Origin: Azolla caroliniana
Taxonomy: Eukaryota > Plantae > Polypodiophyta
Direction: 5' to 3'
Assembly (NCBI GenBank): GCA_043228905.1
Contig: JBHGNT010000007.1
Span: forward strand, 7,192,001 to 7,256,000
DNA: 64,000 bases
Shown: piece by piece, positions 38,782 to 51,230 of the stretch
Position numbering within the stretch: position 1 is the stretch's first letter
How the letters are laid out: every line of letters starts with the position of its first letter
Translations under genes and position numbers: made by a program
Notes under the pieces: generated by a model
Database searches by the model: none
Seen by the model: only the letters and a program-made list of their open reading frames with translations
What the model was told of the DNA's origin: nothing

Positions 38782-39741
38782 TGACGGGAACCAGTTGTTC
38801 CTTATGCTCAACGCTCGGCCACAACCGAGCTTAGAATCATACACAGAAAACGGGAAGTAAATGCACGACACAATGGAGAGAAAAGGTACACAAGATGTTT
38901 ATGTGGAAAACCCAAACTAAGGGAAAAACCACGGCAGCCCATAGGCTGCAAACTATCACTATGTTGGAATGTACAAACAGTGAGTTCACGGAGGCAACGA
39001 CCTCGTGCTCACGATCTTCGCCACAGGCGGCGGTTACAACAGAGGCAGTGACCTCTTTCTCTCTCTCTCTCTCTCTGTATACTATTACGCGCTCTAATCT
39101 CGTGCAAAATAGGAATGACAACAACAACAGTAACTAAAAGTTTGCCCTAAGTCATATTTTATACTAATATGACTTTTCAGCTATTTACAAATATAGCCTC
39201 GATGGACTCTCAGAAACATATTTACGAATATGTCTCTTCATCCGGGTCTGCACCATCCGGCTCTCCGTAGCCGGGTACTCCTCATCCGGATCTCACCGGG
39301 TCTGCACCATCCGGCTCTCCGTAGCCGGGTACTCCTCATCCGGTTCTCACCAGGTCTGCGTCATCCGGCTCTCCGTAGCCGGGTACTCCTCATCCGGTTC
39401 TCGCCGATTCTGCGTCATTCGGCTCTCCGTAGCCGGGTACTCCTCATCCGGTTCTCACCGGGTCTGCACCATCCGGCTCTCCGTAGCCGGGTACTCCTCA
39501 TCTGGTTCTCACCGGGTCTGCGTCATCCGGCTCTCCGTAGCCGGGTACTCCTCATCCGGTTCTCGTCGGGTCTGCGTCATTCGGCTCTCCGTAGCCGGGT
39601 ACTCCTCATCCGGTTCTCACCGGGTCTGCACCATCCGGATCTCCGTAGCCGGGTACTCCTCATCTGGTTTCGGCCTCGGCCGAGTTTGTTCATCGGCACT
39701 GTTCTTCTCTCTTCCCATCCGGAGGGACCTGTCTCCCAACA
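38782..39741 (-). mobile_element. Copia-family solo LTR (960 bp)
   Basis: TG..CA ends; perfect 5-bp TSD AGAAA (38777-38781, 39742-39746); homologous to the LTR at 16941. Confidence 0.9.
39242..39672. repeat. 8 x 54-bp GC-rich tandem array within the solo LTR
   Basis: Unit CCGGGTCTGCACCATCCGGCTCTCCGTAGCCGGGTACTCCTCATCCGGTTCTCA; near-identical copies. Confidence 0.95.
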
Positions 39742-39764
39742 AGAAACAAGAAATCAATGTGTCC

Positions 39765-41587
39765 TGAGGCACCTTGGAAAGTTCTATGGCGACGTAGATG
39801 GAAGATGTGGTTGCCGAGACAAGGTGGATGTTGGCCAAGTAACCCATTTTGGGGCTTTGTGCCAAAAATGAGACCCAAATATTGGGGAAGCATGCAGAGT
39901 TGTTGTGCTATTGGAATTATGAAAGCATGGCAAGAACTCAGAAAGGGGATCACATGTAGGTAGAGAAATGATGCATATGCGGAAATGTACATGCCAATTG
40001 TATGGAACCCATTGATTAGAGATATGGATGGGTTGATGATAGGCCAAAAAGCAGGTTTCAAATGGGTTGAGTTAATCAATGCCCAAGGGAATGCATTAGT
40101 GGAGTGGGAGAGGTTTTTGTCCAATGATGTGGGCACTCAAAAGGCTAGAATATGGAGAATAAGTAGGGGTAAAGGCATGCTCAAGAGAATTGCAGATGTC
40201 ATTGCATGCTACAGGAATATCGTGGAAGAGGAAGAAGTAACAACCTCTGAAATTGCGTGGACAGAACTTATAGATGTTGAGAACTATTTAATTAGCATTA
40301 AGGGAATGAAAGTAGAATCAAATGAGGTATTCTACTATAAACTAGAGCACGGAATGGTAAGAGTTGAGCAACTAGCCTTTCAAAGAGAATGGCCGATTAG
40401 GCTGATAGCAAAAAACGGCAAGAATATGATTATTGACCCTAAGCCAACTGAGATCACACCGGTGACAGTGTGTTGGCCTATACAAGGGCATTTGGATCAG
40501 TTATCATGGGACCTAGCGATGTATTGTTGGAGAACTCAAGGACGAACTGATGGGGAAAAGTTGGTTCAATTTTTCAAGAATAACACGAAGATTGGGAAGC
40601 AAATTATTCTAGAACAAGCACATGACAAGATTGTAGCAAGGAAATTTTGGATACATGAGCGCATTAGTGAAATGAGACTAGATAAATTTTGGAAAATGAT
40701 ATGGCATGATAGATATGACCGCAAGATAATGATGTGTTTATGGCTTATTGCACATAGAGCCTTGCCGGTAGGGACGTGGGGTAAAGGCCCCAATGTAGAC
40801 CCTAGATGTATTGCATGTAGACAGATAGAAAGCATTTCCCATTGTCTATGGGAATGTTGCGACACAGTGGCTGTATGGGGAAGGGCACTACATTTGCTTT
40901 CCCATGCCTCTAGTTCGTTCACCCTCAATTGGGGACATGATTCTTGGATTTGTCCTAAGGATGATGTGGCGAAATACGATAGCACATGCGATGCGAAGTA
41001 CAGAGGGGAGAATGGCATTGTGCGGTTGATCACTGACAACAAGGTACCTACAACTTGTGCACAAAATCAAAAACTTGGAGATCTTTGGATGTTGTTGGCC
41101 CTCATTATTATATGGTATATATGGACAACAAGGTGTACCAAGGTATTTTCAGTACACAAACACCCCCTAGCTGAATCGATTAAGCTAATCTGACACACAC
41201 TAATAACTACACTAAGAGCTCAATATGAGCGGATTGATGGTACTAATGATGGTGCAGAACTAATGAGGCTGAATTTTCGAAAGCGATGGTGTACTACACC
41301 GATGGTCGCAACAAATGGAATGGATATACTATGGAAGTATGAAGTACCCAAATGGTTGTTCCCCCCTCCCATTAGATGATCGAGGGGCGTGAAAGACATG
41401 GCATGTGGGATAGTGAATGTAGGTGATGTGCATGAAAGGATGGCTAGAGCCATATGTGAAAGTGTAAGATAAATAAGCGGGATCTCTTTGTAGGATAGGA
41501 TAGTCTTGGCTCGGCCTACCCGACAAAGGGATTGAGTTTGTGTTTATTTTAACTAAAGGAGTATATTCTTTTTTGGTAAAAAAAAAT
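39765..41587 (+). mobile_element. 5'-truncated L1 LINE with poly(A) tail and 15-bp TSD
   Basis: TSD GAAATCAATGTGTCC (39750-39764, 41588-41602); A-tail 41578-41586; ORF2 C-terminus with zf-RVT CIACRQIESISHCLWEC and WYIWTTRC; stops at 39961 and 41191. Confidence 0.92.
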
Positions 41588-41693
41588 GAAATCAATGTGT
41601 CCCAAAATATTCGAGCAACTAGAGAGTATAATAGAAAAAACACTCCCAAGTCTTTCACCTCAACAATGTCAGGTTCAGGGTAACATCACGACT

Positions 41694-41696
<3 letters not shown>

Positions 41697-41764
<68 letters not shown>
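41697..41764. repeat. (CT)n microsatellite
   Basis: Perfect CT run. Confidence 0.95.
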
Positions 41765-41766
<2 letters not shown>

Positions 41767-43162
41767 AACGGTTATGTGAAGAAGGATGGAAAGATGAAGT
41801 GTTTGCATTCTCTGTGTTAGCAACTACTTTGTCCATCATAAAAAATTGTCCTAAGATTAAAAAATGCCATTACAAGGCGAAGGCCAATACACTTCTAGTG
41901 TATGTGAAGAAGGATGGAAAGAGGAAATATTTGTATTCTCGATGTTGGCAACTACATAGTTCAGCCTATAGAATTGTGATATCTAGCTATCAACAAAGTA
42001 CCAAAGATTCAAAAATGTCATTGATTAGGTGAAGGACAATACCCTCCTAGCAGAATTCCAAGATGCTACTACTAACAAAGTATCAAAGGTTCGCAAATGT
42101 CTTTGATAAGATTAAGGCCTCTCCATCAAATCTTGAGGTTCTTAAAAAATATATCGATGAGAAATTGACCAATGGACGTATCCCACATTGTTGATCCATT
42201 ACTGGCACACCCTTTTTGTTGACAAGATTAGAAGAGGGAAAAAGGGCTTATTGTGCTTTTATGCAATTGTTGTGGAAAATTTAAATGTTTTCTTCTCTAC
42301 GAAGTAGTTGCATCCCTAAGCCCACATAGAAAGAGGTTGAGAATGTTCAAAAATGTTTACTAATTAAGTTTTTCAGGTCAAGCTAGAACATCATACATGC
42401 CCCTACTTCTTGAGACAAGATCACTTCTCATTAAGATCATGCCATGTAAGGTTATGGAGTACCTACTTAAGGTTTTTTTAAACCTCACATTGACTTCCTA
42501 GGATCTCAAGGTAAGCATATAAAAATATTCAAAAGATGCATTAAAGCAAGATTTTGGGTTCTAGACTAATGCAAGATATAACGAAATCGTTTGGAAAATG
42601 GATTGCATCACATTTGCTACATGATGCATCAATAGATTACTCTCTGAATGAAGTTCTTTTTATAACAACAATGTAACACAACAGGGCAAACATCTGAAAA
42701 CTCATGTTTCACACATCATATTACATATGTTGCACCAACACAAACAATCTTCTTTGAAGAAGGAAATTGCACACATCGATAAACATTACCATTCATTCCT
42801 TTGTTTATCATTCACATTTCATTTCCATACTTAGTCCACATCCTCTTCCATGTGCGACTAGGCGATGGATCATGAGTGAGTAAGGAGATTGGTTGACTTT
42901 GCACATTTTTCCCTAAACAAGTTTGAGGGTCTGAATATGCTATATTTGACACATTTGAAAGACTATGATAGGTAGAATACACTATATTGAGTTACATTCA
43001 TGTTTGCTTCCCCAAAAATAGCCATTTTGGTTCACTCCCTACATACGTTCCTTTCACGATCTCAATGCAATATTTATTAATAAAATTGTTGAACAACAAG
43101 AATCTAATCAAACACAAACTATATGAAAATCTTTTACTTTTGGCCCCATAGGTCAGATTTGA

Positions 43163-43601
43163 TGTTAAGTAATTAGGTAATTAAATAGGGTTAATTAGAG
43201 ACTAATTATATGGTTACGTTAAGCAGCGGAAGATTAGTATGATATGCGCGTGAGAGTGTGTGAGAGGAAGAGAGAGAGAGAGGAAGTTACACTTGAACAC
43301 AAAGATAAATGGGGGATGATTGACTATATTGAAAAGTGTCATCAACATACAAAAATACCCACAATGAGGTATATATACAACCCATGTGCAAGGGTGCACA
43401 TGTGTGGGTAGAACATAGGTACTTATGTGTAAGTCCTACATTAAATGTACTAAGGAGTGGAGGATCTAGAATATCCTACTTAAGTACAAGGTCCTATTTA
43501 AAGGCTTAAGGTCAACACATTAACTAGATTCGATCTAGGTAACTACTAAGTTACATGTGTTGACTAACTAGATTAAACTAGTTGAGCTTGATATCTCAAC
43601 A
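43163..43601. mobile_element. Solo LTR (439 bp)
   Basis: TGTTAAG...CTCAACA ends with perfect 5-bp TSD TTTGA (43158-43162, 43602-43606). Confidence 0.85.
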
Positions 43602-45164
43602 TTTGACCTCTAAGGGCAATGATAAAATCCCGCTCTCTACCACTTTCATTGTCTTCAATTAGTAGCATAACACTTCCTGGTTCACCCAATTGCAACATAA
43701 GAAGTAAAAGAACGTTGTCAATTCCTTTTTATCGTTTCATAATGGGCGAGTATATTATTTACTATGTTGCAAAAATTTAGATTACAATTACTAATCAACA
43801 AAGAAACCAAAGCGCCACATAGGCTCCTACCAATGAAGGAGACCTCTCAACAACTGAAATGATTGTGCATTGTCGTTTAATGGGAATCAACGATGAAAGC
43901 ATTTTGGATGGTCCAATTATGCAAGCCACCATAAAAACATGAATCATGGATGATAACCATTACATGTAGTTGTCCACAGGATGCTAGTTTAAATTTGCCA
44001 AACCATTACCAAAAACATGTCATACCTTGGATAGGTGTACATCACTCCAATTATCATAAACCAAGCTCAAATCTGTTTTGATCTTTGTAAGGATTAATCC
44101 TATGAGGCTTCACTCATGAGATCAACACTTTAACGAAGTGGTAACACTTAGTAAAATTTAATAGAAAATAATCAATGAATGTAGAAAATTGTGGATGGTA
44201 GGTAATAGAAGCATCTAGAAGGTTGTGGAACATTACATAATTTGAATGTAGTAGAATGTTGTAGTAAGTCATGGGATAAGTAATGAACATGTACAAAAGG
44301 AGATGTTGGTAGGGATTGTCTTCTAGTAGATTATCACTAATGATCAAAGGCAAATCTTTTCTTTGTACGCTTGTCCTACCTTGAATGCATTTCCTTTGTT
44401 TGGATTCTTGTCCTCACTTGAATCTATTTCCTTTCATTGTATTGATGTCATCACTAGAATACATTGCTTTTCCTTATACTCTTGCCATGCCTTGGTGAGT
44501 CTTACCTTACGTTTGCACCTAGGTCTCTTCCTTGTCTCTTCTAGTCTACCTACTATGCTCGTGCATATTTGTTACCCACCAAACAAGATAAAAAGAATAC
44601 GGCAAAAAGTCTTTTCGAATGTATTACAAAGCAAAAGTCGTAAGAAACAATTGCAACTTGAGAAAGTCACAACCACCACCCAATCATTAACGTATTCCAC
44701 ATGAATACAAGTCGCATTTGAATGAGTTTTAATTAAGACAAATCATTGTTATTGTAGATTTGGACCAAACTTGGCCTTTTACCCCAAATGACGTGGCCAT
44801 ACCCTCAACCATGTTTGCCGTTGGTGAACAAATGATATATCTTACTAATAGACGTGCATTTTAGGATAAACCTACTGTAATTTAATTTACATCTATTGCC
44901 AAGGGTTATCCAAAAGTTTTTGAGCATACAATGTATCCAAGATGGTTGCCCTTAAATTTCGATAAGTTCCTCTAGGCACATGAAACATCCTACAGAGGGA
45001 TCAATAAGCCATTGAAGTAGATTGTACAAGAAAGAGTGTGTCGAATAGAATGTAAACCAATCCTCTCCATAGTATTCAATTTGAGGCATGCTTGTTTTCT
45101 TTTCATAAAATTTATTTATTTATACTATAACTAGGCCTATGGTTAATAATGAGTGTTGTCAAAA

Positions 45165-45330
45165 CTAGAAGATCTTGCAAATGTGTTTCCAATGGACTTA
45201 TCTCTAGGGTTTCCTCACCATGTAAAAGTGGAGCATGTGATTGATTGATTCTTGGTAGTAATAGTATGAGTAAAACCATGTATCTACTAACTCCAAAACA
45301 TGGAGAGGAAGTGATCCGATTATTTGCATT
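45165..45330 (+). mobile_element. Highly degenerate gypsy pol remnant
   Basis: Reads DLANVFPMDLSLGFPHHVKVEHVID, resembling the DVFP..LP.GLPP.R.VEH.I segment that precedes gypsy RT. Confidence 0.5.
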
Positions 45331-48300
45331 ATTGTTTTATTTATTTATCATCTTCTCAATGATATGAGTTTGCTCTCAAATTACCTTTAAGAATATGACA
45401 AAGTAATGTTGGATATGTAGGGGTAGAATTTCAAGTTCTATCCCCTATATATCCAACCAAGTGCTTGAGAGTCAACAAATTTCAAAAACTTATTATGTTT
45501 ATTCATTAGCTTATTTGGGGAAAGGGAGTCAAATTTTCAAAGATATTGCCAAATGTAGAAAGGATATTGTTATAGACAAGGTCTCTCGAAATTGAGCATC
45601 TTAAATGCAAACAATGTAGGCATTTTCAAAGAATTGGGGATTTGTTATTGGAGTGTACCATGATAAAGGGATATAATGCCATTTATACAACCTTTTTGTA
45701 TTGACTCTTATTATAACAAGAGTGTAGATTAAAGTAAAAATGTATGTAGTTTAATCATTAAAATCTTGGTCCCTAATCCCATTTTTGCATCAAACATGTT
45801 TGAGACTTTAGTGTAAGAACATGTGGCACATGGGTTAGGCCTCATCACATATATCATGATTCACAAGTAATACCTATATAGCTATAGCACGTGTTTTATT
45901 GAATGTCAATCACAATTTTTCGCATTTTAATGGAGGCCTTAAACACATAGGATATAGAGATTCCTCTTCCATTGAGTACATGAGGACATAATTGTAGAGT
46001 GGTTTACCACATCGCTTATTATCCTCCTTTTACATTCCACACAAGGTATATACATATGTGTCTCATTAAAAAGACAAATCTCATTATCATGACCAATGTT
46101 TTTGTAAAAGTTTTGATCGTCGTATCCACTAGGATCATTCAGACTAGCTTTTAGGCTAGAAGCTAGCTTTATAATGTACATTTAAGGGAAACATCATATG
46201 CAAACTTATTCCAAAGATGATGTAAATGTTATATTGTGGACAACATCATCATGCAAACTCTGTACATATTACATTGCCTTGCGTGATATCAACACTATAA
46301 TCTCTAGGAGTATTCTCACCACTTTGTCAACCAATTTGAACCATCACTATATGATTTACCCTGGTTGATTGGGGAGTTGCATTCTTACAATAGCAAGTTT
46401 AAGTATGTGTATGGTTCTTTTCTAGATATTTTCACAAACTTAGCACAATCTGCATTTCCGAAAAAATACCCACCCAAACTTTATAAAGGGTTCCCACAAT
46501 CGACAAATTTTCACAGTTGTTATTCCAAGGACGATTTTGTCATTTTTCTTGGGCTATTGTCAAAGAGTAAGTGAATTCCAAAGGTTATCAACTGTAACAA
46601 TATTTATTCTCTTAGATTTACCTTAGTTCAAATCAAGCGGTTAATTTCATTGCCAGTTAAAATGAAAGGGATCAAACACTTTTCTTCCGGAACATACATA
46701 ATAAGCTAACACATGCAGACTATTTATCAAAGTTGACATGAATTCCAATTGTTGTGGCATGTTAGAGTTATTACAAGTAGCTTGGCTCATTTAACTTATC
46801 CGTAAACATTCTTCAAGAAAGATCGATAATGCTCACTATTTTATTATTTTAACACTTTAGAATATTTGTATCTTTGTTTAGAGGATCATGAAGATGGATG
46901 ATTGTGGTTAATGTGACTACTGTAGTTACTTTGTGTTGCATGACAATATAACATGAATGCACATAAAAGTGAGACATTGATAGCATTCTTTGATCAATTT
47001 ATTGCAATGTAGAAACTGACATTTATTTGACTGTATCAATTATATCATGGACTCCACTAGTTTAACTTGAATACATCAATAAACCAATCATGGAAGCCTT
47101 ATAACTAGATCATGGAAGTGATTCGTGGTTGGTAGTATGTAGATAATATATACATACAATACTTTGACAAGCTGGATCTATAGACTAAGCATCAACAAAG
47201 TGCAAATACAATAACTAGTTCAAAAGGACAATTGATTGACCTTCTTCTATAATGTTTATTAACACAACCTCCATATAAATTGATGAGAATTGCAAAGGCT
47301 TAGAGTCAACCAAACATCATGTCAAAATTATGCCCAATACCCACCTCTCTATACACAAACTCTTGAATTACTGCATTTTTTTTACATGGGCACAATGTTA
47401 GCATCTTATCAAAATTTCAATCATTTTCTTCCACTCAATTTTCTCTCCACCATTTTGAATGAGCACATTTGAATTGGTCATTATTGGTTGCATTTGTAGT
47501 TTAAAATGATATTATGTATCTATTTTTTCGAGATTTATATATTTTTGAGGCTATAAGGATATGCAAGTTACATCAGATATTTGATATGTCATCACACCTC
47601 ATATTAAAATACATGTTAAACCTTCTACATGGGTTGTAGATTGTCACAATAAAAGGCTCAAACAATCATTCCCTATATGTTGGTCTCCCTTTTCCTTAGC
47701 AAGAACTATAAGGACATCCTCACAAATTTGTTAGGCTAGTGAATGGAAGGTAAATCAATTATTGATGCAAGAGCATCTTTAGTGCAAACCTAGAATCTTA
47801 TGATATTTACTCTAGCTCAATATAATGAGTAATGTGAGTGTTGATTCCTCCTTTTTAGAACTTACATCATAAATAAAGACATTTGTACTATTTACAAGAG
47901 TTGCCATGAACTCCAATTGTCGTGCGATGTGTGAACCATTACAATGGTCATCTTTTATGGTTATCATGCCAAACTTGTTCACATAAATAATCATGTTCAA
48001 TATTCTATAAAGAATACATGTATCTTAGTTTTTAACTTACGTTGGGACACCATTAAGATTCACCTTGTTTTACATTATGTAAACTATAGTCTACGACACA
48101 ATCAAGTTTCAAATAAAGAGAATGTTATTTGGTATATCACATAAAAAATTTCTATGATTACAACATGCCACAACAAAGGATGATATTGTGGCAAAGAATA
48201 ATAGTTTGAGTTCATCAAATGAAGTTATGGACTTCGGTTTCCCAAAGTCATAATATTCTGTTTCAAAATTATCATGGCATCAATGCAAGGGCATTAGACA

Positions 48301-50592
48301 TCAGATATGAACTATCGATATTGAAACCCATGCCACTGTGTTTTAGGCAAGTGTGGCATTAACGCCAATGAACAAAGCATTGGCACTATAATGTGCAAAA
48401 CAATGCATCTACTAAGGTTAATTTGGATTGGTAAGCATGGAATGTTACGGTATTATATATTATATAACATATTGAAAATGGCTTTATACTTTATCAAATC
48501 TAAAACATTTGCCCAATAGTTTTCATGAATTCCAGAATAATGTTAGGTTATCACAAATATGGATAAATAATGTCAATGGGAGGCTAGTATTTCATGCTTC
48601 AGTTGAACTAGCAAGAACCAGTTGTTGGCTAGAGGCAAGTAGTTTTCATAAAGGTTGGAAGATCGTATGTAAATATTTACGAAAAGAGGTTAAGAATTGA
48701 ACAACTTGGGAAGTAAGAAGTTGCCTTGCACTTTTTGTTGTTCATATGTGTGGTTCTATACACCCAAGGTGACATGACAAATGAGATATGAGCCATACCT
48801 CATCCTCCCTCATTCCTTTCCTTCACATTTTGGCACTCATCACAATCTCCCTAATCTCATAGATGGAGCTTGTTTAGGGATAAGTCCACTATACACTCCA
48901 AATTGACATGCCATCAACATCTCTCGAGTTGCATGACTTTATGTAGGTTCACAAAGTTGTCGGCTTCCCATGATTGATGTGATTGCGGGGAGACTCATTT
49001 GCCCCTTCTATTACTTCATGTGCCCTATACACTTAATGTTTGGTCCGTTATAGTTGCTAGTTATCAATCCTTGATTCAGTGTTGCCTTAAATTTGCATGC
49101 ATTTAATCTCATGCATCCTCATCTCTAACTTATATGCGTACTTTCAACTTATTAACTCTACAAGTTAGGAACATGAGTCATGATGGTTCAAAGGTATTAG
49201 ACAAGAGATAAAAGAAACACACATAGATATGATATGATTCTCCTCCCAACAATCCAACACATGCCCTGCTTTTCCCACATGGGAGCTATATATTGACCCA
49301 TTAGCAGTCATACAACCTACAAATATCATGTTGAGACTACCCTAGCTCTCACAAAAGATTGTTCATGGAGTTCATTCCTTCTGTCCCTTATGCTCAGATG
49401 TGCAATGTCTACTCTAATGCACATGGCATTACATGTATGCACATTGCACAATACGATAGTCAATCCTTTTTACATGTGGAAGTGGTAAAATAAAATTATA
49501 TGAAAATAGTTATCCATTGTGGGGTCACAATATCATTGTATGTAACTAATGTACACCCCCATGTTTAAAAGGATGATGACCATAAGAAGTGAATGGCTCG
49601 AAGGATGGTTTGTGTAATGTTGTACTATGGAGTTATATAACCATTATAATGGTACCAAAGTAGTTTTCAAGGGGTTAAGGAAAGAGTTTTTGTGTAGGAA
49701 GGGTCTTTTCTTTAGTTTGGTTACATTGAAATCAAAAGATACTATTTCTCTATACATACCCTACTTCTTTCTTCCTTGAGCATCACGTACAACCAATCCT
49801 CACCAACGTTGTTGATACTCCCTATAGCATAAGTTATATAATGGGCCTATATGAATCAAATTTCAAAGGCTAATTTTAATGGTTTTAAGAGTTGGATAAG
49901 TGGGAAACCAGTTATCCTAAACTTTAGACAAACCATGAGGACATAGGATGTTGGGAGATTTTGGGATCCTAAGGAATTTTGCTATATAAAGGGGACTAGC
50001 TACCCCATTTCATATGGTACCTTAAGGGCTTTGTTTGTGAGGAAAATATCTTATATTTTGAATCTGTCGATTGTCCTACTCCGAAGGTATAACATAAAGC
50101 GATATTTATGGTATGGGAAGTCAATGGGGGGATTTTTCACATCTTGTTCTTTCCTCTAGGTGTTTGATATACACAACTTTTTGTGTGACAACAATTTTAT
50201 TGTCTTGCCTTGTATAACGATTTTAAAAGTATGAACTCAAATATCTCACATCTCTAAAAATAAAGTTGGAGGCCAAGAGGGAGGAAGTTTATTATGACCA
50301 TTCCAAACTCCAACTATTGAAGGGGGAAATATAAGTGAATAGATTTCATTCTCGATACATCGACAACTTTGAGAGGCATCACTCTATTTGCGACTAATGG
50401 GCAAAGTTGCCAAAATAAGTACATTTATTACCACAAAAAGTAAAGTTAAAAGTTACATTTTTAAAATCAACAATATTTCCAAGGATAAAGTGTAGCACAA
50501 TATGTATGGTTTGCCCCCATAAATAATATGAAATGGCTATGTATATTTACCACTCATGTTTTGTTAGGTTGTTATAGTCACAAGACACACTG

Positions 50593-51230
50593 TTTTTTTT
50601 TTTTTCTAAATGAAGCTACCTTCCCATTAGTTAGGAATGATTATTACAAGGAGACTATACAAGGAAGCTTATACACAAAATGGGGAATCTCACTCCGATC
50701 AAGATCAAGAAAATGAGACTACTTACATAATCTTTCAAACCAACTACCTAAAGTAAGTAGATACCTATGACTAAAAGCAGTGGCCTTTAGTGTCGGTCAG
50801 TATGAGCCGACTCCTGGGGCCTACAATGAAGGGAGGGTGGCATGTGAGAAGGAAACAACCAGCGTGGGGGCTGGTAGTTCCACCTCGGGCCACTTCCTCC
50901 TAGCGTCACCATAGGTGTGCTCTGCCATTTCTGCCAAAAGCACAAACAAGCAGTGGCCACATCATTTGGAGGTTGATTATAGGCTTCACCTTGTGGTATG
51001 TTTGGAAAGCACAAAGCCTAAAGGTTTCTGGTACAACCCCCAACAGAAGTGATCACAAGACACCGGACCACTTCCTCTTAGCATCACCATAGGCGTGTTC
51101 TGCCATTTTTGCCAAAAGCACAAACGGGCAGTGGCCACATCATTTGGAGGTTGATCGCAATCTTCACCTGGTGGTATGTTTGGAAAGCACAATGCCTAAA
51201 GGTTTCTGGTACAACCCCCAGTGGAAGTGA
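50593..51230 (-). mobile_element. Short 3' end of an L1 LINE with poly(A) and a 178-bp tandem duplication
   Basis: T-run at 50593-50604; minus-strand peptide FWQKWQSTPMV...PRWNYQPPRWLFP resembles the C-terminus of the L1 at 41220-41375 (FRKRWCTTPMV...WKYEVPKWLFP); TSD-like TCACAAGACA on both flanks. Confidence 0.8.

Larger units (their letters stand above)
38390..41675 (+). repeat. ~162-bp tandem repeat (about 3 units) interrupted by a solo LTR and an L1
   Basis: CATAATTTGAAG recurs at 38434, 38597 and 38758; the third unit resumes at 39742-39764 and 41588-41675. Confidence 0.85.

Noticed and set aside
39230-39871. 213-aa repetitive ORF (PGLHHPALRSRVLLIRFS)n; also superficially CRISPR-like
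   Set aside because: It results from a 54-bp tandem array inside a solo LTR. There are no unique spacers or cas genes, and the context is eukaryotic.
46600-48700. Possible decayed hAT or other transposase sequence (also ~33200-34300, 37000-38300 and 60000-60500)
   Set aside because: Too degenerate to assign by eye; needs a profile-HMM or repeat-library search.
49810-50094. Second copy of the 291-bp foldback element
   Set aside because: Shares only the TATA-core motif and TGTT..AACA ends; no long TIR or TSD, so it is used only as supporting context.
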